Source: a virus. Taken from it: a DNA stretch of 64,000 nucleotides. Below the pieces are notes generated by a model that had not been told where the DNA came from, did no database searches, and saw nothing but the letters and a program-made list of their open reading frames with translations. Of this stretch, positions 16,871 through 26,106 are shown one piece after another. Position 1 is the stretch's first letter; each line of letters starts with the position of its first letter. The DNA is taken from the IMG/VR virus record IMGVR_UViG_3300032288_001980, positions 96,001 through 160,000 of that record; one strand, 5' to 3'. A program made the translations under genes and the position numbers.

Positions 16871-18938
16871 AGTTTAACCATTGAGTATGCAACCAATCAT
16901 AATCGTTAATCATGTTTATAGAATCTTTGTTATTTTGTATCCAATCTCTGCCAGCACACGCACCTGCAACGGCATAGTCGCCGTTACTTACACCTAGATT
17001 AACGGTACACCATGTTTGTAATCGTTGATCGGACTCGCTGTCAATTTGGTTTTTAATTACTTTACTAGCCAGTTTTGCCGCTTCCCTGAATCCACTGCGC
17101 CATGCAGTTTCTGGATCACAATTAAATTCTGTAGTACCTATAACTCTTGGTATAACTTTAAATCCTGCACCTATACTAGTAGCCAAGTCAACACGCCAGT
17201 CAGTTGCATTTTTTAATAATTTGGTAGGGAATAGTTTTACACCACCGTAGCCATAAGTTAAACCGTTAACCGGATTCTTAACGTGCCACACATAGACTAC
17301 ATTTCTATCATGCGGCTTTGGATATAAGTCAAAAGCAAAGCTACCTTCGACTACACAATCTGCATCTACTAGATAAAACATATCTGTAGTAACTACATTG
17401 GCAGCGGCCTTATGTGCTTCTAATATTCCTTTGACCCCGTCAACTCTATGTAACTTGGATTTATTATGAATTAATTTTTCTAGCTTTGCATAGTTACTGT
17501 CTGCATAAGGCTCGTTATTGCTCAAAAATACAATGTCAAATTCTTCCTCGGTACACCCGTGCTCAAAACATTTTATAGCACCACGTTTAACTTTATCTGT
17601 GAGCTCTATGCCTTGTGGCACTAGATAACATCCTGCCCATTCAGTTACTCTGCCTGTTTTAGGATTAGTCATTGTAAACACATGAACTTTATCTTCGTTA
17701 CCGCGGCCAGGCATAAACTTTTTATTCCACTGGGGCACTGGTATGCAATTTTTATCAAAATGCCAATATAGTTTTGTATCACCGGGCCCGATGCTCCACT
17801 CAGTCATAAAGGGTCTAGCGTAACCTTGTTCTTTGTATCCTTGAGTATTTGTTACATAGGAAACTTTAACTCCGTACTTTTTATCTGTACCTTCACAGTA
17901 CCAAACGTGCAAGAATTGTAAACTATCATAACTGGGAACAAATTTGTTTGTTACATTAGACCAATCATATAATTGAAAATCCGGATTGACTTGTATTTTT
18001 GGTTGGAGATTTAACTCTATCTCACCCATGTCTAGCTCACCTGTTATAGAATCACTGGGTGTTAGCCTGACTGCCCAAATTCTTTCACCGGGGGGTGTAT
18101 GACTAGAATCCAAATACCAAGTATGGGTTAGATTCATCTTATCTGCTAGCGGTCTATAGTTATACTCAAAGTTTTTGAAGTTAATGTTTTCAAACAAAGG
18201 ATTGGTTTCCCATTTCATATTATCATAGAAATTTAAAACGTTTAACGTGCCTTCTACAACTGTGCCTACAAAGTGCTGTGGCTCTAAACTATATGCCCAT
18301 ACATCGTAATTTGGTAGTTCGACATCTCCTGCCAAATTCCATACATGTCTATATTTTCCCTGGCTATAGTGAAAGTTATTAGTATTGTCTATGCCTGAGT
18401 ATATGCTGTCAGGGAGACTTGTATTTTTTATTAATTTAAACTGATTTTTTGCAGTTTTATCTACAATTTTTAATCCTTGCGGGTCTGAAATATAAGAAAT
18501 TCGTACAGCTTCAATGTCTTCGCCGTCTGTAATAGCAGGGTCAAACAGCCATATATGTTCATATTTCAAATCGTAAGTTGGCGGTAAAAAGTCTACCATT
18601 TGTTTAATGTCAGCATTATAGTATGTGCTAACAGTTATTCGACGTTTTGGTTCTGTTATGTACTGAACATAGCCGCCGTCCCATCTAGCAGGAATTAATT
18701 TTGCTAACCAAAAACTTCTGTCGGGCCAAATCCATATATGTAGATTTTTAGACTCGTAGCCGATCGGAGAAAAGCCCCAATCAAAGTTTTCAAATACTTC
18801 TAAATCTTGTATTTCTTTATTGACAAACCAAGTAGTTTGTCCGTTAGTCATAGCCGATAACTCTTGATCAGTAAAAGGCCTGTCAACAAATACTACTGGA
18901 AATTTACTTATTTGTGTAATGCTGTCTAAATCTGTCAT
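16854..18938 (-). CDS. glycosyltransferase-like protein (GT-A, DAD motif) with degenerate N-terminal repeats
   Basis: C-terminal FDIVFLSNNEP...VKGILEAH...FYLVDAD...NPVNGLTYGYGGVKLF; start placed at MTDLDS. Confidence 0.7.
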   Translation of the reverse strand: MTDLDSITQISKFPVVFVDRPFTDQELSAMTNGQTTWFVNKEIQDLEVFENFDWGFSPIGYESKNLHIWIWPDRSFWLAKLIPARWDGGYVQYITEPKRRITVSTYYNADIKQMVDFLPPTYDLKYEHIWLFDPAITDGEDIEAVRISYISDPQGLKIVDKTAKNQFKLIKNTSLPDSIYSGIDNTNNFHYSQGKYRHVWNLAGDVELPNYDVWAYSLEPQHFVGTVVEGTLNVLNFYDNMKWETNPLFENINFKNFEYNYRPLADKMNLTHTWYLDSSHTPPGERIWAVRLTPSDSITGELDMGEIELNLQPKIQVNPDFQLYDWSNVTNKFVPSYDSLQFLHVWYCEGTDKKYGVKVSYVTNTQGYKEQGYARPFMTEWSIGPGDTKLYWHFDKNCIPVPQWNKKFMPGRGNEDKVHVFTMTNPKTGRVTEWAGCYLVPQGIELTDKVKRGAIKCFEHGCTEEEFDIVFLSNNEPYADSNYAKLEKLIHNKSKLHRVDGVKGILEAHKAAANVVTTDMFYLVDADCVVEGSFAFDLYPKPHDRNVVYVWHVKNPVNGLTYGYGGVKLFPTKLLKNATDWRVDLATSIGAGFKVIPRVIGTTEFNCDPETAWRSGFREAAKLASKVIKNQIDSESDQRLQTWCTVNLGVSNGDYAVAGACAGRDWIQNNKDSINMINDYDWLHTQWLNYESAK

Positions 18939-19608
18939 ATAACCACTCGAAATCATTAACTCGTTTAAGTGCTTCTAGATTGTTTTTATTTTCGGTGCCG
19001 TACTGTTTTCCAGCAACAGCACCAGAGATCGCTTCTTTGGCATAATTGCCTTCGGCGATAGTACACCATGTATCTAAACGTTGTTTAGTAATGTCATCAT
19101 CACTAATTATACCACTGGCCAGTTTAGTACACTCTCTGAACGCACTACGCCATGTACTAAAAGGATCAGTGTTGAATTGCGTTATGTTGCTTATTTGTTC
19201 TTTGCTGACAAACTCTGCCCCCATACTAGTAGCAAGATCAACACGCCATTCTTTAATGTTTAATAATAAATCTTTTCGAAACAGTTTTACGCCGCCATAT
19301 CCATACACTAGATTGTTTACAGGATTTTTACTAGTCCAACAAAATACACAATCAGTTGACGGTATTCTTCCGTAGATTAATTCGGATACAGTTGGACTGT
19401 AGTCAAAGTAAAAATCATCAACTATATAAGCATCTGCATCTACAACATAAAAATGACTAGTCATGCTTTTTCTTGCGGCAGCTTGATGTGCTTCTAATAT
19501 TCCTTTGACCCCCGATACTCTTTTTGCATGAGGAGCATACTCTAATAATCTCGAGTAGTTTGCTTCTGCATTAGGTTCGTTATAACTTAAAAATATAACA
19601 TCAAGCAC
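18904..19608 (-). CDS. glycosyltransferase-like protein (GT-A, DAD motif), paralog 2
   Basis: VIFLSYNEP, VKGILEAH, FYVVDAD, YGYGGVKLF, WRSAFRECTKL. Confidence 0.75.
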   Translation of the reverse strand: MLDVIFLSYNEPNAEANYSRLLEYAPHAKRVSGVKGILEAHQAAARKSMTSHFYVVDADAYIVDDFYFDYSPTVSELIYGRIPSTDCVFCWTSKNPVNNLVYGYGGVKLFRKDLLLNIKEWRVDLATSMGAEFVSKEQISNITQFNTDPFSTWRSAFRECTKLASGIISDDDITKQRLDTWCTIAEGNYAKEAISGAVAGKQYGTENKNNLEALKRVNDFEWLYDRFRQHYTNK

Positions 19609-21013
19609 GGCGAGACTCCATATAAAATGGAATTAATTCAGGAAATGTAACCTTGAAATTAGTTCCTCTTCTTTTGTCATGCTCTTCGATAAACAATGCA
19701 AAGTTTCGTCTATCTCTTTTTAATTTTTCTGGATCTAGTTTATGGTTATCTAATAGATGTTTAATTCGTTCGGCTGCATGTAATTCATGCTGATAAAATC
19801 CGTAATGATCCGGATGTTTATGGCCATGTCCTAAATTTTGTTTAATGTAATTGATGCATTCTGTATAACTGGCTTTCATTTCATCATTAGCTATTAAACT
19901 ACTTAAAAAGTCCGGGTGCCTTAAGTAAGGAAAGTCTACATACAAAGGATGTGGTCTTTTTTCGGACCTTAAAATATTTTTATCGTTTTTAATTGCGGCT
20001 ATGTCTTCTAAAAAATGTTTGAACATTGGCAAACTTAATACATTAAATGTCACCATAATAGTAACCGACACATCAGGACATTCTTTAATTATACGTTGCA
20101 CATTTGTGTACCACTGTTTGTAATCCATACCGTGACGAATATAATCGGCCTGGGGACCAAATGTATCTGCACTGGTATAGATATGTAATTTCTTAACCGC
20201 ATTTGCTGTTGTGATTCTTTTTAGTTGTTCTATCGTTTTATCTATAATAGAATCGGGTAAACATAAATTAGTGTTAATTGCAAAATTTAGATTAGGATTA
20301 GGATTGGCTTCTATATAGTCTAAAGTCCTAAACGTGTTCTTGTTCATTAACGGCTCGCCACCGGTAATTCTAAAAGTATGTAAATTGGGATATAACTCGG
20401 GCCACCATTGCCACCAAGCATCTACGTAAGGATTGTCTTCCCTGTCAGGTATTGGCATGCGATCTAATTCTTTAAGGCGCTCTATGTTATTAAATTTAAT
20501 TCCTTGCAGATTATAAGGGCCAAATTTAACTGCTTCTTCCATCCACTTACTACTAATGTCAGGACTGCAATATGAACACTTAAAATTACAGCCGTTACCA
20601 AAACTAACTTCAACGTAAGTAGGAACAGTATTATCCGTTGGATCTGCATTGACAATTTTATGCATGTACGGATAACTCCATTCTTCTGCTGTCTTTAATA
20701 TTCTATCACTAAAGTGAGTACCTTCTGTATCTTCTACACGCCAGCAATAATCACATTCAGTGGGTCTAGTACCTTCGAGCATTTGTGCTCTTAGAGATTT
20801 TTTATATTGTGTATTGTGTAATGCACTAGGGTTTGTTTTTATTTCTTCTAAAGGAATCTTATGTTGCATAGGATGGTGACAACTGTGTGTCATTCCTGTT
20901 TGCAAATGAATAGTTACTTGGGTCCATTTAGCCGCACAAAAGCTAGGACTAACATTATCAATAACTTGTTTAATGTGCCCTAGTCGTTGATTAAAGTAAC
21001 TATAATCACTCAT
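19601..21013 (-). CDS. radical SAM protein with an N-terminal twitch-like Cys cluster
   Basis: GNGCNFKCSYC, ITGGEPL, INTNL; N-terminal FCAAKW...HSCHH...CDYCW. Confidence 0.88.
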   Translation of the reverse strand: MSDYSYFNQRLGHIKQVIDNVSPSFCAAKWTQVTIHLQTGMTHSCHHPMQHKIPLEEIKTNPSALHNTQYKKSLRAQMLEGTRPTECDYCWRVEDTEGTHFSDRILKTAEEWSYPYMHKIVNADPTDNTVPTYVEVSFGNGCNFKCSYCSPDISSKWMEEAVKFGPYNLQGIKFNNIERLKELDRMPIPDREDNPYVDAWWQWWPELYPNLHTFRITGGEPLMNKNTFRTLDYIEANPNPNLNFAINTNLCLPDSIIDKTIEQLKRITTANAVKKLHIYTSADTFGPQADYIRHGMDYKQWYTNVQRIIKECPDVSVTIMVTFNVLSLPMFKHFLEDIAAIKNDKNILRSEKRPHPLYVDFPYLRHPDFLSSLIANDEMKASYTECINYIKQNLGHGHKHPDHYGFYQHELHAAERIKHLLDNHKLDPEKLKRDRRNFALFIEEHDKRRGTNFKVTFPELIPFYMESRRA

Positions 21014-21989
21014 TATCAGATCCTACACCTTTTAATACAGCATCTTCTCTAATCATTGGTCCCAACCTATTAGGATTAACATACGTTGCTTTAAAAAACT
21101 TGCTAGCATCTTCGTCTAAGTCTGCTAGTTCTAAACCTAGTTCTTGTTTTAGAATAACGCCCAATCGTTTTGTCTCTTCTAATAACTTAGTAGGATTCCA
21201 ACTGTAACCGCTACGAGGACAAGACATACCTTGTCCTACAAACTTAGGAGCTACTTCTTTGGCCCAAAACTCGTCGTGCCATTCAAAGTCTCTGACATTA
21301 ACAAAATCAAATTCATCTCGTTTCATGTTTGTTAAATAACAACCCAGTCTAGTCCCATATACTGCCCATTCCCCGTTGGCTACGTCTGCGCCCACGCTGG
21401 CCCATACTAAAAGTCTTTGATAATTTTTATAATGTACTGCTTGTTTAAATCGCCTAGGGTCCACTGTTACTCCGCGTTCCAGGCCTAACTTAACACCTTC
21501 TCTAAAGCCTGCTCTATATGCTTGATAAGGAGTAGCATTGTTCATCACGTCACTATAAACATTATTCATCTGAACATAATTAATGTTCCAGCAAAAGTCC
21601 ACTTGGCTTTCTGGAGTATCAGAAGCTTCATGGCTTTTCATTTGTTCGACTACGTGCTTGGGCCAGCACTTGATACCACCATTGCCGTAGACTAAGCCGT
21701 TAACAATATTCTTTCCTGCCCAACTAATCACATCACTGCGGTCAATTTTACGCATGTCAATTTGAATGTTCATAAAGTCTTCGCGAACAATGTTATCTGC
21801 ATCAATAGTAATGAATCTTTCAGTGTTACACAATGCGGCGGCGGCTTTATGGCAAGCATCACTGCCTTTAACTCCGTGACTACGTTGCGCCCATGGAATT
21901 TTTGTTAACAAGTCTGCATAATTTTCGTCTGCATTTGGCTCGTCATAACTCATGAACACTACATCAAATTCTGTAATAGGTACTAGCAT
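21006..21989 (-). CDS. glycosyltransferase-like protein (GT-A, DAD motif), paralog 3
   Basis: VVFMSYDEP, VKGSDACH, FITIDAD, NGLVYGNGGIK; TAATG coupling supports the start at 21989. Confidence 0.75.
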   Translation of the reverse strand: MLVPITEFDVVFMSYDEPNADENYADLLTKIPWAQRSHGVKGSDACHKAAAALCNTERFITIDADNIVREDFMNIQIDMRKIDRSDVISWAGKNIVNGLVYGNGGIKCWPKHVVEQMKSHEASDTPESQVDFCWNINYVQMNNVYSDVMNNATPYQAYRAGFREGVKLGLERGVTVDPRRFKQAVHYKNYQRLLVWASVGADVANGEWAVYGTRLGCYLTNMKRDEFDFVNVRDFEWHDEFWAKEVAPKFVGQGMSCPRSGYSWNPTKLLEETKRLGVILKQELGLELADLDEDASKFFKATYVNPNRLGPMIREDAVLKGVGSDNE

Positions 21990-22978
21990 TAATTTCTTTC
22001 TATTGTCCAATGTAATCTTAAATTAGTATTATCAAATATGAGCCCCATATTTTGATATCCTTTAACATAGTCAATGGTATATGTTTTACCATTGGCCACT
22101 TCGTTGGGTGGTATACCAAATGTGCCATAGTATTGACTGGGGTCATTATGTTTGATCATATGTACTGCCAAAGTATCATAAAATCTTAACTTATTTGGAT
22201 CCTTAAGATTACTTGTAATAATAACACCTTTATCTGTAAATTTCAACCTTAGGTGACAGTCTTCGTTGTTAGAGCACTCAGCGGTATTAATACTATAAAC
22301 ACACCCGCCAGAGAATGGCGTTATAAATTGTTTGGTTTGCCAACTCCAAGAATACGAATGAAAAAAACGTTTGGTCCATACTATTAATCGATTTAACTTG
22401 TCTTCGGTAAGCCAGTCTAAATTAAAATTTAAACGTTTATTAAGAATATCGTTAGGTTTGCATAATATAGTTTCGTATATGTTGTTTGGATCGTATTTGT
22501 CTACTATATAAAATACAATATCCTCGTCAGACTGTGCAAATATTCTTTCTGTACTCATTGCCTTAAGCAAGTTTTCCAAAGAAGACCTATTAACTGCTAC
22601 TTCTAATTGTTTGGTGTTTAAATGAAAGTTTAAGTTAACTTGATCTTCGTAGTCAGCTTCTGATTTGAAGGGAATGCCATACAAATTGTCGCTGTCAGAA
22701 TGCAACTTTCTTAAGAAAGTGTCTTTCTTAAAAAGCCCTTTTGTGTCTTGAGATTTATCAAATGCTACGATATAATCGTTTTCACTTGCATTTGAATCTA
22801 ATATATTTTTTATATGCTCGTTAAATTCGGGTACTAGTATATACTCACCTTGTGGCAAAGGTTGTAACTGTATCTTGTCTATGGCGCCGTTTTCAGGATT
22901 ATAATAAACAAAATACTCAATAGGAGCAACTTCTGTTTGTTCAAACAACGATGCAAATTCTGTTAGACTGTTATGCAT
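21989..22978 (-). CDS. hypothetical protein
   Basis: Long ORF in a tightly coupled operon. Confidence 0.75.
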   Translation of the reverse strand: MHNSLTEFASLFEQTEVAPIEYFVYYNPENGAIDKIQLQPLPQGEYILVPEFNEHIKNILDSNASENDYIVAFDKSQDTKGLFKKDTFLRKLHSDSDNLYGIPFKSEADYEDQVNLNFHLNTKQLEVAVNRSSLENLLKAMSTERIFAQSDEDIVFYIVDKYDPNNIYETILCKPNDILNKRLNFNLDWLTEDKLNRLIVWTKRFFHSYSWSWQTKQFITPFSGGCVYSINTAECSNNEDCHLRLKFTDKGVIITSNLKDPNKLRFYDTLAVHMIKHNDPSQYYGTFGIPPNEVANGKTYTIDYVKGYQNMGLIFDNTNLRLHWTIERN

Positions 22979-23783
22979 ATACAGCTAATATCCTATTGTA
23001 AATATCTTCGTTGACCCAATTTTTTGTGTAATGCCAAATTCCAGATTGTATATAATTTTCAACTTTAATTGTGCTGTTATCTAATATCCAAGAATTTAAA
23101 AATTTAAACCATTCTAAATTAGCCCAAGACATGCTGGCGGTGTTTTCCTCTTGTTTGCTTAATGTAGTTAATTCTAAACCTGTTGTATAGAAAACATCTG
23201 ATAATTTTAATGCTAGGCTAAATGCTACATTGAATTTTAATGTTAGCTTGTCGTCGATTGAATATTCTTTTAAGAATTGTTCTTTGAATTGTCTCCAAAA
23301 AGTAACTATTCGATGTGTTAGTTTTGTCAGTTCCATAAAGTCATTGGTCTTTTTGTACAGTATGGCATTGGTCCAAACATCTGGTAAATTATTTCTAACG
23401 ATAATTTTTCTTTGCTCGTACAACGGCCTAGTAATTTTACTACCTTTAAAATCTAATAGTTTTTTGTTCAGTACAATATCATGAAAATCTAACCATTGGA
23501 ATATATTAGATATATCAGATAGTATTAACGTATCGCTATATAAGAATAATGTTCGATCGTATAGGCTAGCCGTAAGCCCATCGATTAGTCCACGTTCTAT
23601 AGAATCGACTTTTTCTATTACATGAACATTGTCAAAATATTGCTGATATTTGTCTACTAAGTCTTGACGAGGTACTACAATGCTTGTATTCAGTTGACTA
23701 TTTTTCTTTGCTGTTATGGACAACAATACAGCTTGTCGAACATGCTGTTCGCTGTCTGCATAGGTTATTATTCCATTAGACAT
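22971..23783 (-). CDS. GT8-like glycosyltransferase-fold protein
   Basis: TLFLYSDTLIL DxD-like region, WTNAILYKK; paralog of the upstream gene. Confidence 0.6.
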   Translation of the reverse strand: MSNGIITYADSEQHVRQAVLLSITAKKNSQLNTSIVVPRQDLVDKYQQYFDNVHVIEKVDSIERGLIDGLTASLYDRTLFLYSDTLILSDISNIFQWLDFHDIVLNKKLLDFKGSKITRPLYEQRKIIVRNNLPDVWTNAILYKKTNDFMELTKLTHRIVTFWRQFKEQFLKEYSIDDKLTLKFNVAFSLALKLSDVFYTTGLELTTLSKQEENTASMSWANLEWFKFLNSWILDNSTIKVENYIQSGIWHYTKNWVNEDIYNRILAVYA

Positions 23784-24660
23784 AATAATCCTTAATAAAT
23801 TTATCGTAGTGACGTAGTAATGCTAGCTTGTTCATAATATGAATATCTTGATTTACTAATCGTACTGGCAAATTCTTCCAAGGTTCATTTCTAAAATTGC
23901 TGAGAAAAGTAAAATCATTTTTTCCGTTCAGTTGTACCAGGTCATCTTTTTGATCCATAAATCGCATCGTGCCAGGAGGTATTTCTTTAACCCAATTACC
24001 TTCTCTTTGTCCGTTCATTAAATGAATAGCAATGCTGGAAGCATAATCTGTTCTAAACATTTTACCAGGAAACTTATATAAGAACTTATAGTAATCGTAA
24101 TTATCTTTGACATGATGCCACATATTAAAAAACTGTGTACTGGGTTCACTTCTTTGCCAATATATAACTGTGCTCCACCACATGTCAATGCCATCGGGAT
24201 GTAATCGTTGTTCTTCATGATGCGGCAGTTCCCAGCGCAGACCGCGAGCATTTCTAAACAATGCTAGTTCGTAATCGGATTCAAATAATAAATCTAATGC
24301 ATTACTGTTAACAATATAATCAACATCTATTAATAAACTTTTATCCCACGGACTTAGCTCGTAGACATTATGCTTGTTACCGTTACTAAATTGTGCTTGA
24401 AAACTGTGCCATGGACTATCATTATGAACACGGGTATTTTCTTCGTGTTTAATATCCTCTACAATAATTTTGTCAAAGCAATAGTCAATTAAATTGCGAG
24501 GATGCGTTTCTATTAAATGCTCATGGGTTTTTACATCTGTGAGCAATGCTACATTGTTATTTTTTAAATTTGCCTTAACAGACAATGCTGTCATTACAGC
24601 CAGTTTAGTATAATCCAGTTTGTCGTTGTTATAGGCAAATAGAACTACACCTTTACTCAT
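23776..24660 (-). CDS. GT8-like glycosyltransferase-fold protein
   Basis: KHNVYELSPWDKSLLIDVDY (DxD), WSTVIYW, FRTDYA. Confidence 0.7.
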   Translation of the reverse strand: MSKGVVLFAYNNDKLDYTKLAVMTALSVKANLKNNNVALLTDVKTHEHLIETHPRNLIDYCFDKIIVEDIKHEENTRVHNDSPWHSFQAQFSNGNKHNVYELSPWDKSLLIDVDYIVNSNALDLLFESDYELALFRNARGLRWELPHHEEQRLHPDGIDMWWSTVIYWQRSEPSTQFFNMWHHVKDNYDYYKFLYKFPGKMFRTDYASSIAIHLMNGQREGNWVKEIPPGTMRFMDQKDDLVQLNGKNDFTFLSNFRNEPWKNLPVRLVNQDIHIMNKLALLRHYDKFIKDYYV

Positions 24661-25006
24661 TGATGTTTACCAAACTTTTAAGATTACGTTGCCGCTTTAG
24701 TTTTTCGTTTTCAACAAAAAAATCATTCATAGCCATAGTGTATGCACTATTCAATTTTTCTAAAAATACCGGAAGGTCCTTTACCAAAACAGGCATTTCG
24801 TTATTATCTAAGAATACTTGCTGTTCGGCTTTAACAGAAATCAAATAGTTTATGTATCCCATAATTTCTACAGAAGCTGTGAAAATGCCACTGTTATGGT
24901 TTACTAACTTTTGAATTTCTGCTCTTTGTTTGAGATTATTTCTTTGATTTGATAGTGTTAGACGATAATTGCTAAAGTCTAAGGCTTCTTGAAGACGTTT
25001 ATCCAT
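24653..25006 (-). CDS. hypothetical protein
   Basis: ORF with its own upstream TAAATA motif. Confidence 0.75.
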   Translation of the reverse strand: MDKRLQEALDFSNYRLTLSNQRNNLKQRAEIQKLVNHNSGIFTASVEIMGYINYLISVKAEQQVFLDNNEMPVLVKDLPVFLEKLNSAYTMAMNDFFVENEKLKRQRNLKSLVNINE

Positions 25007-25038
25007 TGCGATCTTTCTCTGTGTATTAAGTACGCAGA

Positions 25039-25044
25039 TATTTA
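25039..25044 (-). promoter_or_regulatory. candidate late promoter TAAATA heading the glycosyltransferase cluster
   Basis: Intergenic TAAATA 32 nt upstream of ATG 25006. Confidence 0.55.
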
Positions 25045-25055
25045 TCGCAATAGAT

Positions 25056-26105
25056 TTAGCTGTCTACACCGGAAGTTGTAAATCCTTCTGCCAAAATATA
25101 AGCAGGAGGAGTAATATTAAAATTGGATTGACCGAATGAATTGGGCGCCGCATACATTACATTAGATGTTAGTACGTGTGTACCGTTTACATTTATTCTA
25201 AATGCCATGTTGTCCAACTCAAATCTAATAGCAACGGTTCCGTTATTGTCTACTAATCGACCATAGACCTTAAGTCTAAATGTGGAATATCCGCCATAAC
25301 CACCGTAACCTCCATATCCCCCGTAGCCGCCATAACCACCGTAACCTCCATATCCCCCGTAGCCGCCATAACCACCGTAACCGCCATAACCGCCACCTGA
25401 GCCAGCACTACTGGCTGTCATTAATAATATTTCATTGGCCGAAAGGTCATAAAATCCTTTATTTTCGCTAACTGCATAAGTGCCTGTATTTGATGCAGTA
25501 TTGATATCTAATACAAATGTTCCTAGTTTGCTGTATACATCTTGCCATGACTGATAGCCGCGGCCGCTACCTCCGCTGGCAGTCATATGCAATCGTAACT
25601 GACCGCCGCTATTAAAAAACCACCTAGCTTGGTCAAAACTACCAAATTGATAATTAACCGTAGCTGATATTTTATATTTCCATGGAGTAGATCTTGATGT
25701 AGTACCTAATGTTGCAAATTGTTTTCTTGCAGATACTAAATTGTTTTTATTTGTATCAACCAGTGAATTTAATACTTTAAGAACCTGTGCTTGTTGCGCC
25801 GTAATAAGTTGTCCCACCGCTGTTCTAGACAAATTAGTTGTTAGTGGCAACGACCCTGTATTATGTGCAGAAATGTTAACTATGTCAATGGTACTATTCC
25901 ATAATGAACTGGTTATTTTATTTCCGACTACTGCTAATTGTGCAGTGGGAGTTTGTCCCCAACCATATTTTAACAACGCTTTTCTTGCAGGATCAGTTGT
26001 AGGGCCACCACCTTGTTCGGTAGGTCCCCAGATTTTATTCACGGCCTGAGCTAGCTCATTCCATTGAGCCGCTGTTACTATTTGACCTTGGATAAAATCA
26101 GTCAC
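25056..26105 (-). CDS. virion structural / short tail-fibre-like protein carrying a (GGY)12 insertion
   Basis: Repeated G..ITA..WN-type N-terminal motifs, beta-rich C-terminus, position after the tail-fibre gene. Confidence 0.7.
   Translation of the reverse strand: MTDFIQGQIVTAAQWNELAQAVNKIWGPTEQGGGPTTDPARKALLKYGWGQTPTAQLAVVGNKITSSLWNSTIDIVNISAHNTGSLPLTTNLSRTAVGQLITAQQAQVLKVLNSLVDTNKNNLVSARKQFATLGTTSRSTPWKYKISATVNYQFGSFDQARWFFNSGGQLRLHMTASGGSGRGYQSWQDVYSKLGTFVLDINTASNTGTYAVSENKGFYDLSANEILLMTASSAGSGGGYGGYGGYGGYGGYGGYGGYGGYGGYGGYGGYGGYSTFRLKVYGRLVDNNGTVAIRFELDNMAFRINVNGTHVLTSNVMYAAPNSFGQSNFNITPPAYILAEGFTTSGVDS
25287..25394 (-). repeat. tandem repeat encoding (Gly-Gly-Tyr)12; 36-bp DNA unit in about 2.5 exact copies
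   Basis: CCGCCATAACCACCGTAACCTCCATATCCCCCGTAG at 25291-25326 and 25327-25362, partial at 25363-25380. Confidence 0.95.
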
Positions 26106-26106
26106 T

